Shown here piece by piece: positions 49,612-60,038 of a stretch of 64,000 bases of DNA. Source of the stretch: Bdellovibrionales bacterium (GTDB lineage Bacteria > Bdellovibrionota > Bdellovibrionia > Bdellovibrionales > UBA1609); the NCBI GenBank assembly GCA_016716765.1, contig JADJVA010000009.1:71013-135012 (forward strand). Direction: 5' to 3'. Both the position numbers and the translations under genes were made by a program. Positions within the stretch are counted from its first letter, which is position 1; each line of letters opens with the position of its first letter. Under the pieces are notes generated by a model. It made no database searches and had not been told where the DNA came from. It saw nothing but the letters and a program-made list of their open reading frames with translations.

Positions 49612-51165
49612 TCAGGCTCGAGAATCAGGTGATAAAATGATCTCAGCGAGGCGCTCGAAGTCTTCTAGGGATTTGGCCAGTGGTAGCTCAGTGAGCATTC
49701 GAACCATGGCCGCGTAGGGGTTCACCCCATTGATTTTGGCTGTTACCGTGAAGCTGTACATGACACTGCTGGCCTCGGCCCCCGCGGGGTGTGTCGGAAA
49801 ACAGCCACGCATTCCTGCCGATGGCATACTTGCGGATCGCTCTCTCCGTAAAGCCATTGTCCGCCTCCAGACGCCCATCCTTGAGGTAGCCTGTCAGGTA
49901 CTCATACTCATTCAAAAAGTAGCGGAGGGCCCCTCCGATCTTGCTTTTACTGGAACCTTTGGCTGATGCCTTTCAGCCCACTCCTTCATCTCTTTCCAAA
50001 TGGGCTCAGCTATTTCCAGCCTCAGGCGGTACCGCTCCTCAGGCGGCATCTCGCCGATTTTTTCTTCCAGATCATACAGTTTTTTAAAGTAACCAAGTCC
50101 TGCCTCTCCAAGGCTTCGGCCGGACTTAGCCCCATCCACTGTGGCGGATTCAAATTTCCTGCGGGAGTGCATCCCACATCCTATGCGGATCACGCCCTCT
50201 TGTTTTTCCAACACATCATAGGCATTCAATCCGTCACATTGCAGATATCCTGTAATTCCGTCCAGAAGCTGCCTGGCCGCTTCCTGGCTCCGGGATATGC
50301 GGTAATCAAACAGAACAATCTTCTTGTCCCCGTAGGGCGTACTCCTCACCCACATCCATGATTTGTCTTCGGCCTTCCTGCCATTCTCTTTGAGAACCTG
50401 CACTTGCGTCTCATCCACGGCCACATAAAAAGAGGTTATCAGCCGGTCTGAAAGAACATTCCAGACAGGCACGAGAGCCTGCGCCACTTGCACCACCCAG
50501 CGGGCCATCGTGCTGCGGGGAAGATCAACTCCCTGACGCTCCATGATCTCCTCAATCCGATACAGCGGAAGTCCATCGCAATATTTGGAGGTGATAATGG
50601 CGGCAAGCAACTCGGGAGTGGCAATCCCCTTAGGGATCACGCAAGGCACTGGCGGAGCGGTCTTCACATAGTCCCCGCTATCCACTCCATACTTGGCCCG
50701 CTCATAGCGGATCACACTGACTTTAGCTGGCTCATACTTGAGCTTCTCCGAGAACTCCCAGCCAATCACCTTGAGAGGTTGCCCCTCTTCAGAAAAACGC
50801 TCGTTTTCTGGAAGCTCGATCTTCACCACTTCCCGCTCAAGGTTCTCGGGGATTGGACGACGATGACCCCGCTGCCTCTTATGCGAAGGAACCGTGACCT
50901 CGACCTGCGCCTCATCCTCTTCGGGTGTCCCTTTGGAGACTTCAAGTTCCACTTCGTTGTAGAGAACCCTCTGTTCCGGCGACACCCAAGACTCCGACTT
51001 TCTACCAAACTGCGCTCGTTTGAGAGAACGGATCTGCTCATGCAACCAAGTGACCTCACTTTGCAGGAACTTGATCTTCTCTTCATCAAGACGAGCACGC
51101 GCTCTCAGGCCTTCATTCTCTGAGGACAACTCTTCTTGTTTTGAAAATAGCTCTCGCGGCTGCAT
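49612..51165 (-). pseudogene. tnpC: IS66 transposase TnpC, split into three frames by two frameshifts
   Basis: Frame 1 (49912-51165) ends ..PKVPVKARSEGPSATF. The next frame reads SKIGGALRYFLNEYEYLTGYLKDGRLEADNGFTERAIR. The third reads GAEASSVMYSFTVTAKINGVNPYAAMVRML. These are contiguous conserved IS66 TnpC segments. The breaks lie at a T4 run (about 49945-49948) and a C5 run (about 49779-49783). Confidence 0.8.
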
Positions 51166-51197
51166 GCGCGGGACTCTTCAACATTTTCTTCGAAAGA

Positions 51198-51554
51198 TCA
51201 ACAGACTCTTTCAAAATTTATTTCTGAAAATGGCTTCATTTTCCAAACATCATAACCTTCCAGAAGCCAGCTCAATTGCTCTGTGGATATGTGGACTACT
51301 TCCTGCAAAGATTTCCTCGGCCATGGGAACTTTTCCACATCCAATTGCTTTTGCCATAGACAGAACCCACTTCGATCAAAATACAGAATCTTGATCGTGT
51401 GCCGTCGTCGACCACAGAACACGAAAAGATTTTTCCCGTTCAACTTTCCCATCTGGGCACTCTCCACAATCTGACTCAATCCCGGAATCCCACGGCGCAA
51501 ATCGACAGGATCTCGATGCAGAAAAACACCCTCAAATTGACTGGGAGATTTCAC
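51198..51554 (-). CDS. tnpB: IS66 accessory protein TnpB (Orf2)
   Basis: 118 aa. VFLHRDPVDLRRGIPGLSQIV and KILYFDRSGFCLWQKQLD are typical of IS66 Orf2. Confidence 0.85.
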   Translation of the reverse strand: MKSPSQFEGVFLHRDPVDLRRGIPGLSQIVESAQMGKLNGKNLFVFCGRRRHTIKILYFDRSGFCLWQKQLDVEKFPWPRKSLQEVVHISTEQLSWLLEGYDVWKMKPFSEINFERVC

Positions 51555-51853
51555 CTAGTACCTCCCTGCAGATAAAAGATCAGCTCAGCCACCCATTGTG
51601 CGTCAGGGAGCGAACGAACCGCTCTTGGTTTCTGAATTTCCACTGGCACAAAAGCAGAGCTCACCGGCTTTCGGCGTCCAACACTCCCTCTCTTGCTTCC
51701 CTTGGATAGTCGATACTTCCAGTTCTTGAACGTGGTGTTGTTCAGTCCCTCTTGCCGACAGAACTCGGTCTCGGAGCCAGAGAAATTTTCTGCCTCCCTG
51801 ATTTTAGTTTGCCAATATTCTTTGGTTTTTAATCTTTGATCAGAATTTTCCAC
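51551..51853 (-). CDS. tnpA: IS66 accessory protein TnpA (Orf1, HTH)
   Basis: 100 aa. 4-nt overlap with tnpB. First gene of the IS66 operon. Confidence 0.7.
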   Translation of the reverse strand: MENSDQRLKTKEYWQTKIREAENFSGSETEFCRQEGLNNTTFKNWKYRLSKGSKRGSVGRRKPVSSAFVPVEIQKPRAVRSLPDAQWVAELIFYLQGGTR

Positions 51854-51927
51854 TCAAGCCTCCTTGGTTGTTGAGCAATATATGTGGAAAGTTCAAATCA
51901 CAAAAATAGGGTTTATGGAGCGCTTAC

Positions 51928-53294
51928 GAGGAGTCGATCTGGACATGCTAAATGATGATGTACTGGGCAGGTCGCTTGATGCGATCCATGCCTATGGACC
52001 CTCGAAATTCTTTTCAGATTTAGTATTTTCTACTCTATTGAAAAATAAATTGGTCTCAAAATTCATTCACATGGATTCGACAAGCCATTCATTTTTCGTG
52101 AAGAAATACAGCAAGGATTCTGGGATTGAGGTTAGGTACGGACATTCAAAAGGCCGAAAAGACCTCACTCAATTAGTTCAGTTATTAATGACTACTGATC
52201 AAGGGATTCCATTCTGGTCAAAAACCTATTCGGGCAATGCAAATGACCGTGAGATATTTCAGCAGTCAGTCCAGTCGGTTAATGAATATTTTAAGACGTG
52301 TGGATTTGCTGACGAAGTTTGCGTGGTATCTGATTCAGCGCTTTACTCAAAAAAGTTCCTACTTAACAAAGACATCACAGGCAGCTGGATGGCTCGAGTA
52401 CCTGAGTCGATCAAGAGGGCAAAACAACTGGTTGAATCTGATCACAAAAAGGCCCCATGGATTAAGATCAACCAAGACTACAAATACCGAGAGGAATCGG
52501 TGTCCTACGGCGGGAAACGTCAGAGATGGATTATAGTTAATAATCGAGAGGCCAGGTATAAGGAGTTGAGCACACTCCAACGAAATTTGGACAAGGAAGA
52601 ATGGCTCCTTGAGAAAAAGACAAAAAGCCTTATGAATACGGTTTTTCAAAGCCGCGAGACCTTGAATAGTGAGTTCAAAAGAATCGTTAAGCGACATCCT
52701 CTGTTTGAGCTGAGAAAAACAATCATTGGCCATTACAAAAGACGTCGAGGTAAAAAGCGCCCGATTCAGTCCGGATATAAGGTCATCATAGGATTTTCAA
52801 GGCACGAAAAGCTGATTAAGAAATTAGAAAATAAGAGGGGAAAGTTTATCATAGGAACCAATGACTTGGATCCAAAATTAACTCCTGAAAGAATTGTTGA
52901 AGTCTACGGTGGGCGAAACCAGAACATTGAAGGTTGCTTCAAATTTATCAAGGATTCAAGCTTTAGGCTGAACGAAGTATTTCTAAAACGTGTCGATCGA
53001 ATCGAGTCCTTAATGGCGATCATGGCTCTATCGCTATTTGTAAATAACCTCGGGCAATTGAAGCTGAGAGAAGCGTTGAAGACCAAGCAGCTCAGTTTGC
53101 CAAGTCAAAACGGAAAAAGAACTCAAAGTCCGACCTTAAAATGGGCCTTTCAAACGATGAGAAATATCATCAAGGTACGAGTAAATATTTTTGGGCGCAT
53201 CTATGAAGAGTTCAAAGGGCTCGAGGCCGCTCAGCGAATTATCATCGAGTGCTTCGGTTCGAGCGCCAAAATGATCTACGGCAGCAGCCCTTAG
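51928..53294 (+). pseudogene. IS4/IS1634-family DDE transposase, 5'-truncated at the IS66 junction
   Basis: The conserved C-terminal region is EVYGGRNQNIEGCFKFIKDSSFRL...ESLMAIMALSLFV. Also VVSDSALYSKKFLL and GKFIIGTNDLD. The first 21 codons of the track ORF (51864-51926) are read out of the IS66 end, so the native N-terminus is missing. Confidence 0.6.
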
Positions 53295-53765
53295 CTCCTT
53301 CAAATCGAAGCTAGATTCAAATGACCTCTGATCCCATTTCTTTGGGAAGGGGAGAGCTCCGTTCGGACTCCTTAGAATTGCTCTAGAAAACCCAAAACTT
53401 TAACCCGCCAGATAAAATTGAACAGATGGACGTTGAATTCGACCCATTTCTGCCCTCGACCAACAAAAGTTTGGAGGTGGATTTGAAGTTCAACTGCGAA
53501 ATGTCAGAATATAGGTTATCCCGTCTCAATTAGGGGACCGAGATGGCGCAGACAAATCTTACAAAGGTGAGCTCGTTATGTGAGATTAGCCAGCACAGGG
53601 TGTGATACGGGACATCCGCACCCGCCTACACGTGTATGAGGCCAACCTTTTTCAAGTCTATACGGGCATTCGCAAAGCCGTTCATGAACTGGTTGAAATC
53701 GCCTAGCTGACAAAAAGTAGTTGATAACCCAGATAGGCCCTCATCAACCTGCAACTTGCGGTTAT

Positions 53766-56700
53766 TTAATACCAGCGCTTCACCTTGCGCACACTGTTAT
53801 TGTCAGAGTCAGATATAAATAAATTGCCTTCGCTATCAAAGGCAAGACTGGTCGGATAGGAGATACTGGCCGAAGTGGCGACAACTCCCTCTTGGGAAAG
53901 GTCGAGAGTTGTGCGCGCTAATCCCCCACCGCTTGAGCCCATCACTAAGGAAGCAGATCCTGACAATCTATCTCTACATTTTACAAAAGAAAGGTTGGAA
54001 GAAGTGCTAAATGAGCTGTAGCAAATTTGCTCAGCATTCGCCGTAAGACCATACAAAGTATTCGAGCTCAGTGCCGCATCCTGATAAAGGCTTTTCAAAT
54101 AGTTGGCTGGGACTGTCACTCCCATGACATTGACGGATGATCCCGTATCATTGATATATTTAATTTTTCTGTTGGCTGAATCGAGCAAATAGTAGCCACC
54201 CGCCACGAGGGGATCAGCAATGATTTTAGTTGGTACCCCGAATCGAGCTGACAAAAGAGGGCTATCGATATCTCCAGTGGTGCCACAGGTGCCAGCAAAA
54301 TCAGCTATCACACCGAAGGGATCAATTTTTGCGATACAATAAGCCGCATTTAGTCCCACCAAAAGTCCCCCACCACTTTCAAACTCAATCGTTTTGGGAT
54401 CCACAATTTCTGAAATAGCGGGATTGTAATTCACATAAGTTCCACAAGTTGAGGTCCCCGCCACCCGACTTATCTTAAAAGGATTCACATTAACATTGAA
54501 CAAAGAAGCGAGTCCCCCAGTTCGATTGTAGGCTCTAATTCGGCAGGTGCTCGATGTGGCCGTCGCATAGACAAGGGTACTGGCGCTGACCGTGAAGTCC
54601 TGAAGTTTATTGGCAGCAATCAAATTAGATAAGGGGTCAAGATCATCGATTGAATCAGCAGATCCCCCCCCACCAATATAGGTTTCTAAATATCCAGTCC
54701 CTAAATCCAAGCGACGAACTTCTGTCGAACTGGGCATATCCCCAATCAACAGGCTATTGGTCAATGCGTCGTAACTCAATTGTTTCGGAAAACTCAACAG
54801 AGAGCTCGCCGCCGCGTGAGCTGTCGAATTTATTTTGCCACCTCGGCCCAATCCAGTTCCAACAACTCCATTGATAAGATTGCTAGTGAAGTTGAGTTCC
54901 TCAATGTAACCATTTTGATTGTCAGCGACCAACAATCGATTACCCTCTAAAATCATGTCTTTTGGATAGTACAATTCAGAGGCAAGAGCTGGTCCCCCAA
55001 AGCTCGGGACCCCCAAGGTCCCTGTTCCCCAAATTGGACCTCCCATATAACCGCTAATACTTTGCCCACCCCAGACAAGGGGCGATGGGGAGTTATTTAG
55101 ATAAGTAATTCGCGCACCGGTTGAATAGCTGATAAAAAAGCCCCTCACGATGGAAGGATCGTCAATCGTTAGAAAAGCCGGCATCGGAAATTGATTTGCC
55201 AGAGCAGTCATTTCAGAGGGATTGCCTGAGGTGCAGCCGCCAGCCATTCCCGCAATGGTACCGACGTTGCTTGAAAACACTGTGCTTGCCCCTCCAAAAA
55301 AGCTAATGGAGCCTCCCGTGGTATTTAAAACTCTTAAAGCACAAACGCCAGTATTGTACTCGACCCAATACATATTGCCCGAGTTATCAAAGGCAATATC
55401 CATCGGCTTTTGAATCGTCGCACTGCCAGCGGGCCCATTGGTATTTCCAGCTGCACCAGTACCCACCACGGTATAGGCCAGTCCATTGGATAAATCGACA
55501 CGCTTAATTCGATAAATAGTGGAACAGCCCACATACAAATTGTTCCCATAAATAGCCAAGCCATAGGGGCCATTGCAAGCTTGGGTGGTGCCTGAAGTGC
55601 CATCCGTGTGACCTCCAGATGGTCCCAAGACAATGCTGACAGTTCCAGCGCTGGTCACGGAAAACACAGCATTCTGAGTGGTGGTTGTGTAGTAAAGAGT
55701 CTGAGTGGTCGAATCCCAAGCCATGCTATTGACAATGTTGATAGGCATATTGGCTGCTGTCCCCGAGGTGGCATTACTCACTCCACCCGTACCCACCAGA
55801 ACCTTCATCTGACCAGGAGCTATCGCGGTTCCCAATTTTGTGACCGCAGAAGAGCTGGTATTGTAAAACCATATGAGACGATTGCCCGTATCACTGACAA
55901 AATATCCGTAACCGGAATCCTCAGCTAATGCCCACGGTTCTATCCTTAAACGACTCGCCTCAAGCGGAAGGATCGCACCGTTTCCGACGTCCGGCTGACC
56001 CACCACCGTGCAAACCTCGCCGCCCTTTAGTTTGTTACATGCCGAGCTAAATCCATTGACCGTGATATTCCAAGAGTGTGAAACCGTGGTCGTGCCATCG
56101 GTGACGCTCACTTTGAGCATATTGGACCCCAAAAAGGATGAATTTGAATTAAAAGTTGCCGTAGCACCCGAAGCCGTGAGAGCGGCATTGGCGGAATTGT
56201 TCAAGGTCCAAGAATAGGCAAAGGTCCCCGAACCACCTGAAGCATTGGCGGATAAACTGAGTGATTTATCGACTGTCACAAAATCAGAAGTCCCAGAGGG
56301 CGATATCGGTGTGACGGTCAGTGGTCCCCCGATCGGCGACGAAGCTCCAAACCGTGTGCAACTGGTGACAAAATCGGCTGACATATTGGCAGTGAGATCA
56401 AGGCTCACATCACCGGGTTTCAAATCGATCACTTTGCTGGCTAAGCGCACGGGACGCGAGAGATTGTCATAGTCGGGGGGAACCCCTTCAGGAACCTTTT
56501 TGCACTCAGCATTTATCGATCGCAATCCCAGCACAGTAATGACTCGGGCTGCACCGCTGGGAACAATCAGTTCAGCAGTGCCACCTGCTGGCACGAACGC
56601 AATTGAGGGACCAAACTGAATACTCGGACCTGAAGTGGTACAATTGTGTCGCATCAATCCAGGATCTGGACCACCTACTGTCACCATGTAGCAGTTGATA

Positions 56701-56945
56701 TCGGCCAGTGACTGAGGATCACTCAGCGCCCAAGTTTCACTGTTCTGAGAAGAAACGCCTTGGCCAGCTTTTCTCGCTCCAGTTGCACTAATCATTGATG
56801 CGTTGATCTTCTCAGCATTTGATTTTGCCGCCGGAAATTGAATTCTAACGGTGCTGCCCGAGTTCGATTTTTTAGTACAGCCAAAAGCCATTGCCGCAAT
56901 GGCAATACTCAAGCATGACAATACTCTTAAATCACAGCAAAACAA
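53766..56945 (-). CDS. large NHL-repeat beta-propeller lipoprotein with Ig-like module
   Basis: TTG start with GGAGG upstream. Lipobox AAMAFGC. The NHL-type repeats are YPTSLAFDSEGNLFISDSDNNSVRKV, PMDIAFDNSGNMYWVEY, and YYPKDMILEGNRLLVADNQNGYIEE. PKD/Ig-like stretch near residues 210-300. Confidence 0.7.
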   Translation of the reverse strand: MFCCDLRVLSCLSIAIAAMAFGCTKKSNSGSTVRIQFPAAKSNAEKINASMISATGARKAGQGVSSQNSETWALSDPQSLADINCYMVTVGGPDPGLMRHNCTTSGPSIQFGPSIAFVPAGGTAELIVPSGAARVITVLGLRSINAECKKVPEGVPPDYDNLSRPVRLASKVIDLKPGDVSLDLTANMSADFVTSCTRFGASSPIGGPLTVTPISPSGTSDFVTVDKSLSLSANASGGSGTFAYSWTLNNSANAALTASGATATFNSNSSFLGSNMLKVSVTDGTTTVSHSWNITVNGFSSACNKLKGGEVCTVVGQPDVGNGAILPLEASRLRIEPWALAEDSGYGYFVSDTGNRLIWFYNTSSSAVTKLGTAIAPGQMKVLVGTGGVSNATSGTAANMPINIVNSMAWDSTTQTLYYTTTTQNAVFSVTSAGTVSIVLGPSGGHTDGTSGTTQACNGPYGLAIYGNNLYVGCSTIYRIKRVDLSNGLAYTVVGTGAAGNTNGPAGSATIQKPMDIAFDNSGNMYWVEYNTGVCALRVLNTTGGSISFFGGASTVFSSNVGTIAGMAGGCTSGNPSEMTALANQFPMPAFLTIDDPSIVRGFFISYSTGARITYLNNSPSPLVWGGQSISGYMGGPIWGTGTLGVPSFGGPALASELYYPKDMILEGNRLLVADNQNGYIEELNFTSNLINGVVGTGLGRGGKINSTAHAAASSLLSFPKQLSYDALTNSLLIGDMPSSTEVRRLDLGTGYLETYIGGGGSADSIDDLDPLSNLIAANKLQDFTVSASTLVYATATSSTCRIRAYNRTGGLASLFNVNVNPFKISRVAGTSTCGTYVNYNPAISEIVDPKTIEFESGGGLLVGLNAAYCIAKIDPFGVIADFAGTCGTTGDIDSPLLSARFGVPTKIIADPLVAGGYYLLDSANRKIKYINDTGSSVNVMGVTVPANYLKSLYQDAALSSNTLYGLTANAEQICYSSFSTSSNLSFVKCRDRLSGSASLVMGSSGGGLARTTLDLSQEGVVATSASISYPTSLAFDSEGNLFISDSDNNSVRKVKRWY

Positions 56946-57210
56946 ATTAAGTGCCTCCGATTTATGTCCCCTCCTGGCTTATCGGAGGTTTCATCTGGGG
57001 AACGAGATCCAATGTGAGAAAGATACTGAGAATCGAATAAAGATTAGGTACGAGGCGAAGGGAAATATGGAAGATGGAGATCTCTCCATCTTTATCAAAA
57101 CAACACAAACTCATTTTTTGGCGAAAATTGCTTCGCCAATTAAAACCATGAGGCATGGATATTGCTGATTCAGCCCTCGTTTGACTTCTAACCCGATAGC
57201 GAGGTGATAA

Positions 57211-57768
57211 ATGGCAATAACCCCTGCAATTGTTATAGCGTTGATACTTCGATCTACAGGTGAAACCCAATTCGGTTTGAACCTGGATTGTGCTCTAAAA
57301 CAAAACTCCAACACCGGCGGTATCTCTTCTGAATATCAGGACACTCAGAGAGACTCAGATCCTCAGGCTGAAAATACCCAATTAAATATTCGCATTAGCG
57401 AGATGACTTCCTTATATGGTGAAAAATTCTACTGGATTAGTCTTGCCGCCAACGGAGAACACATCGGAAGTGGTTTTAAGGCCAGCCCGAGAAAAGTCCA
57501 AGTCTCTGTGGGCGAATCTGGATATTCGCTTGTCTGGAAAGAAAGACAAACAAGGAGAAGGGGCAATGCTAATTCAGGAGAAACCTTTCTTACAGTGAAA
57601 ATGGCAGATCCTGATCAAAGACTTGACTTTGGGAGCACTCAATTGGGCGAAGATGAGTTTAGGGCGAATGTCTCTATTAATCCCATAATTGCTCCCTCGA
57701 TGCCACCTCACTTCGTCAAGAGTCTCACCAACGCCACCTGCAAAATTAAGAATGCTGACCCCATCTAG
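57211..57768 (+). CDS. hypothetical protein (185 aa)
   Basis: ATG preceded by GAGGTGATAA. No recognisable motif. Confidence 0.4.
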   Translation: MAITPAIVIALILRSTGETQFGLNLDCALKQNSNTGGISSEYQDTQRDSDPQAENTQLNIRISEMTSLYGEKFYWISLAANGEHIGSGFKASPRKVQVSVGESGYSLVWKERQTRRRGNANSGETFLTVKMADPDQRLDFGSTQLGEDEFRANVSINPIIAPSMPPHFVKSLTNATCKIKNADPI

Positions 57769-58485
57769 GGATCAGACAAAGCAAACGGGCCAATCGTAGT
57801 GGCAATAATTGCAGTTCAGGCCGTCTATGTGCACTTCAATGTCTAGCCTGAAAAAATGAGCTTGGACTATCATTTGACCCGCCAACATGCGATTTTTACT
57901 TAGGCTGGATATTCGGTTGGAAGTCACGAGATCAAATTGGGAAATTGCTGGTCTCAAGATCAGTTTGATCTGGCAGATCTCAATATTATTGGCTTTAACG
58001 ACGAAGGGAGCTCCTCCAGAATTGATATCTGCTATGATTTTTTTCAGCTTGAGATGACAAACAAGGTAAAAGTTCTAGTTACAGAGTGACAAATAAATGC
58101 AAAATCAATTCGCAACCGGTAATGAAAACGACCACAATAGCGACTACCTGTTGAAATTTCAATAGACGACCATATTTCGATTCAAATCGAAACGTTTTCA
58201 CTGAAATTGCCCCGCCATTTTCATGGTAAACTAAATGGGAGTGTTTTTCAAACTGGAGGTGCTGGAGCTTATGACTTTTTAAAAAAGTGGGACCGTGAAC
58301 TAAGGCACTCGTGCAACTCCACGAAAGAAGACGACAGGCGACCGGGGCTCAACGGTAAATTTTATGGATGAGACGGATATAAACGGCGACTCCGAGATGC
58401 GACGGCCAAAAGCGCGGAGCGGAAGGCCCACTTGAGCCACTGAGAATGGCTCCCATAGGAATTGTTAATCTTAAAAGTCTCTTGT

Positions 58486-58851
58486 TTAAAGAGCCCAGGC
58501 AATTCCGTTCAGGCACACGCCGCCGCCCGTTTGATATTCATTGTTTTGCAACAGGTAGTCACTGTGGCCTATTTGTATATCGTGGAAGGAATTTACAGTG
58601 GCCTCAAAGAGGGACAGAAATTCGGTCCAAATACGCTGGTAATATCGACGAGTGTTGGGGGCTTTTTGATAGAGCCAGGAGAAAAGTAGGCCCTGCTCCT
58701 GGCTTGAGAGTTTTGAGAAAACGGTTTTGCAGTTGAGGGAGATATTTTTACTAGCTGGCAAATCAAGGGCCTTATTCTCGGCTCGCGAGTTAGTTGGAGA
58801 GTTTGGTGAAATCAGGGGGCTTTTTGAGGGAATACCAAGGTGATTTGCCAT
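58486..58851 (-). CDS. hypothetical protein resembling only the N-terminal SAM-like domain of a tyrosine recombinase (possible integrase remnant)
   Basis: FSWLYQKAPNTRRYYQRIWTEFLSLFE...DIQIGHSDYLLQ follows the phage-integrase N-terminal pattern (..T...Y.r....F..f). No catalytic domain follows in any frame that I can read. Confidence 0.3.
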   Translation of the reverse strand: MANHLGIPSKSPLISPNSPTNSRAENKALDLPASKNISLNCKTVFSKLSSQEQGLLFSWLYQKAPNTRRYYQRIWTEFLSLFEATVNSFHDIQIGHSDYLLQNNEYQTGGGVCLNGIAWAL

Positions 58852-58978
58852 ATTAAAATCCTAGCACACCTGACGAATAGAGAAAGGTAAGAAAAGCCTA
58901 ATAATCATACATGATTTTATGCGCTAAAATTCGAGTTTCAGATGGTACTTTGATGTTACGTTTGTTACGATTCGATTT

Positions 58979-59422
58979 GTGAAGCCTAGATTGTCCCCCC
59001 TTCATTATCCTGTTGTCATAAAGCAACATCTTGATTTTATTGTTCTTTCTGTGCCTGATTTGGGTATTAGTCTCGTTGAAAACGCTCCCCTCCAAGGCAA
59101 ACTAAACCCCGAATATGTTCTTAAAATCGCCACTGCGCTCGCAAATGTTTGGCTTAAGGCTCAAAAAAGACTTCTTGAACATCAGTCCGCTGGGAAAAGT
59201 GCACCCTCCCCGTCTAAACAGAAAATGTCGGTTGATGCGAGGAGATTGCAATACATGACGGCCTCTGAGGTGGCGAAACGACTTGGCGTCAGCCGAATGA
59301 CCGTTCATCGATTGGTTAAGAAGGGTTTACTAACTTGTACAAAAACAAGGGGCCAACACTCTCGCTTTTCCGAACTAAACCTAAAGGCCTACGAAAAGAA
59401 ATACTGCGTCAAAAATGAATGA
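58979..59422 (+). CDS. HicB-like N-terminal domain fused to an excisionase/MerR-type HTH
   Basis: HYPVVIKQHLDFIVLSVPDLGISLVENAP fits the HicB antitoxin fold pattern. C-terminal MTASEVAKRLGVSRMTVHRLVKKGLLTCTKTRGQHSRF is the excisionase-family HTH. Confidence 0.55.
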   Translation: MKPRLSPLHYPVVIKQHLDFIVLSVPDLGISLVENAPLQGKLNPEYVLKIATALANVWLKAQKRLLEHQSAGKSAPSPSKQKMSVDARRLQYMTASEVAKRLGVSRMTVHRLVKKGLLTCTKTRGQHSRFSELNLKAYEKKYCVKNE

Positions 59423-59460
59423 TGATCCGTGTTATTGTTCTAAAAACATTAGGCTCAGCG

Positions 59461-59913
59461 CTAGTGATTCAAATTAGAACCTTCAGAAATCTCTGATTGT
59501 TTGATGGAAATTTCGTCTATCGATTCGGCCTCATTAGCTTCAAAAAGAACGCTGCCCTGACTGTCTGTGTCGATTCCACCCTCCGACTCGGATGCCTTCT
59601 TGACTGGTATTTTCTTAACGCCGGGCTTCTTCCGTTTTACTTGGGGCGACTTTGAGGATTCTGCCGCTTGGTCCACTCCGATGAGTCCTCCCATATTCTC
59701 CTTGAGAGATTGAATTCTATCATCGGTCAGTTTTTTCAGCTTAGCCTTAGAAAGATTGAACTTATCAGCCAACATCAGTGTCTCATCAAACTCAACTTTC
59801 GCCTGTTCAAACTTAAGTCTGGCTTGCTCAAGTTGATTTTTCGCGCATTCAAGATTTACAGAAGTCCGATCCATCTGAGACAAGAAGTCCATAAGTTGCA
59901 TATCGTCTCCCAC
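59461..59913 (-). CDS. acidic coiled-coil hypothetical protein
   Basis: 150 aa. N-terminal heptad-rich helix, Lys-rich centre (KRKKPGVKKIPVKK), acidic tail. Last gene of the parA-led minus-strand string. Confidence 0.45.
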   Translation of the reverse strand: MGDDMQLMDFLSQMDRTSVNLECAKNQLEQARLKFEQAKVEFDETLMLADKFNLSKAKLKKLTDDRIQSLKENMGGLIGVDQAAESSKSPQVKRKKPGVKKIPVKKASESEGGIDTDSQGSVLFEANEAESIDEISIKQSEISEGSNLNH

Positions 59914-60038
59914 CTTCTCCGGAAATATCTGCCGGTTGCATAATGAAGCGCCTTACTTTTAAGTTCTTTTAATTCCCGAAACAATAAAAAAATGCACGTC
60001 ATCGCTGATCAAAAGAGCCAGCTCTGATAAGACAGAAT

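Larger units (their letters stand above)
49587..51927 (-). mobile_element. IS66-family insertion sequence (tnpA-tnpB-tnpC), transposase frameshifted
   Basis: Terminal inverted repeats GTAAGCGATTCATAACCTGTATTTTT (49587->) and GTAAGCGCTCCATAAACCCTATTTTT (51927<-), 21/26 matches with the IS66 GTAAGCG signature. Three-gene IS66 organisation. Flanking 8-mers differ (ATTGCACC vs GAGGAGTC), so there is no target-site duplication. Confidence 0.85.

Noticed and set aside
53295-53765. Short similarity between this spacer (ACCCAAAACTTTAACC) and the 68-bp cassette arm (GCCCAAAAACTTTCGTG), which might have linked the cassette to the IS1634 end.
   Set aside because: Only about 12 nt match and the surrounding sequence diverges completely. 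That is too short to infer a relationship without the intact IS ends.
57772-58075. Minus-strand reading frame ending at 57772. Extended upstream of the track's 61-aa ORF, it reads ..LKKIIADINSGGAPFVVKANNIEICQ..., with a faint PilZ-like DxSxxG feel and a Cys/His-rich tail (CNYCHYDWPVC).
   Set aside because: There is no ATG/GTG start with an RBS in the extended frame and a TAG closes it near 58068. The RxxxR half of a PilZ motif is absent. It is left unannotated.
58201-58216. Minus-strand GGCGGGGCAATTTCAG...TTTCGA resembles the 5' end of a tmRNA, and lies next to an integrase-like fragment (tmRNA/tRNA genes are common integration sites).
   Set aside because: Reading about 400 nt downstream on that strand, I find no T-arm (GGTTCGA.TCC), no CCA-proximal acceptor complement and no tag-peptide ORF ending in the usual ALAA-type sequence. 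No tRNA-like cloverleaf is evident anywhere in 57.8-58.5 kb either.
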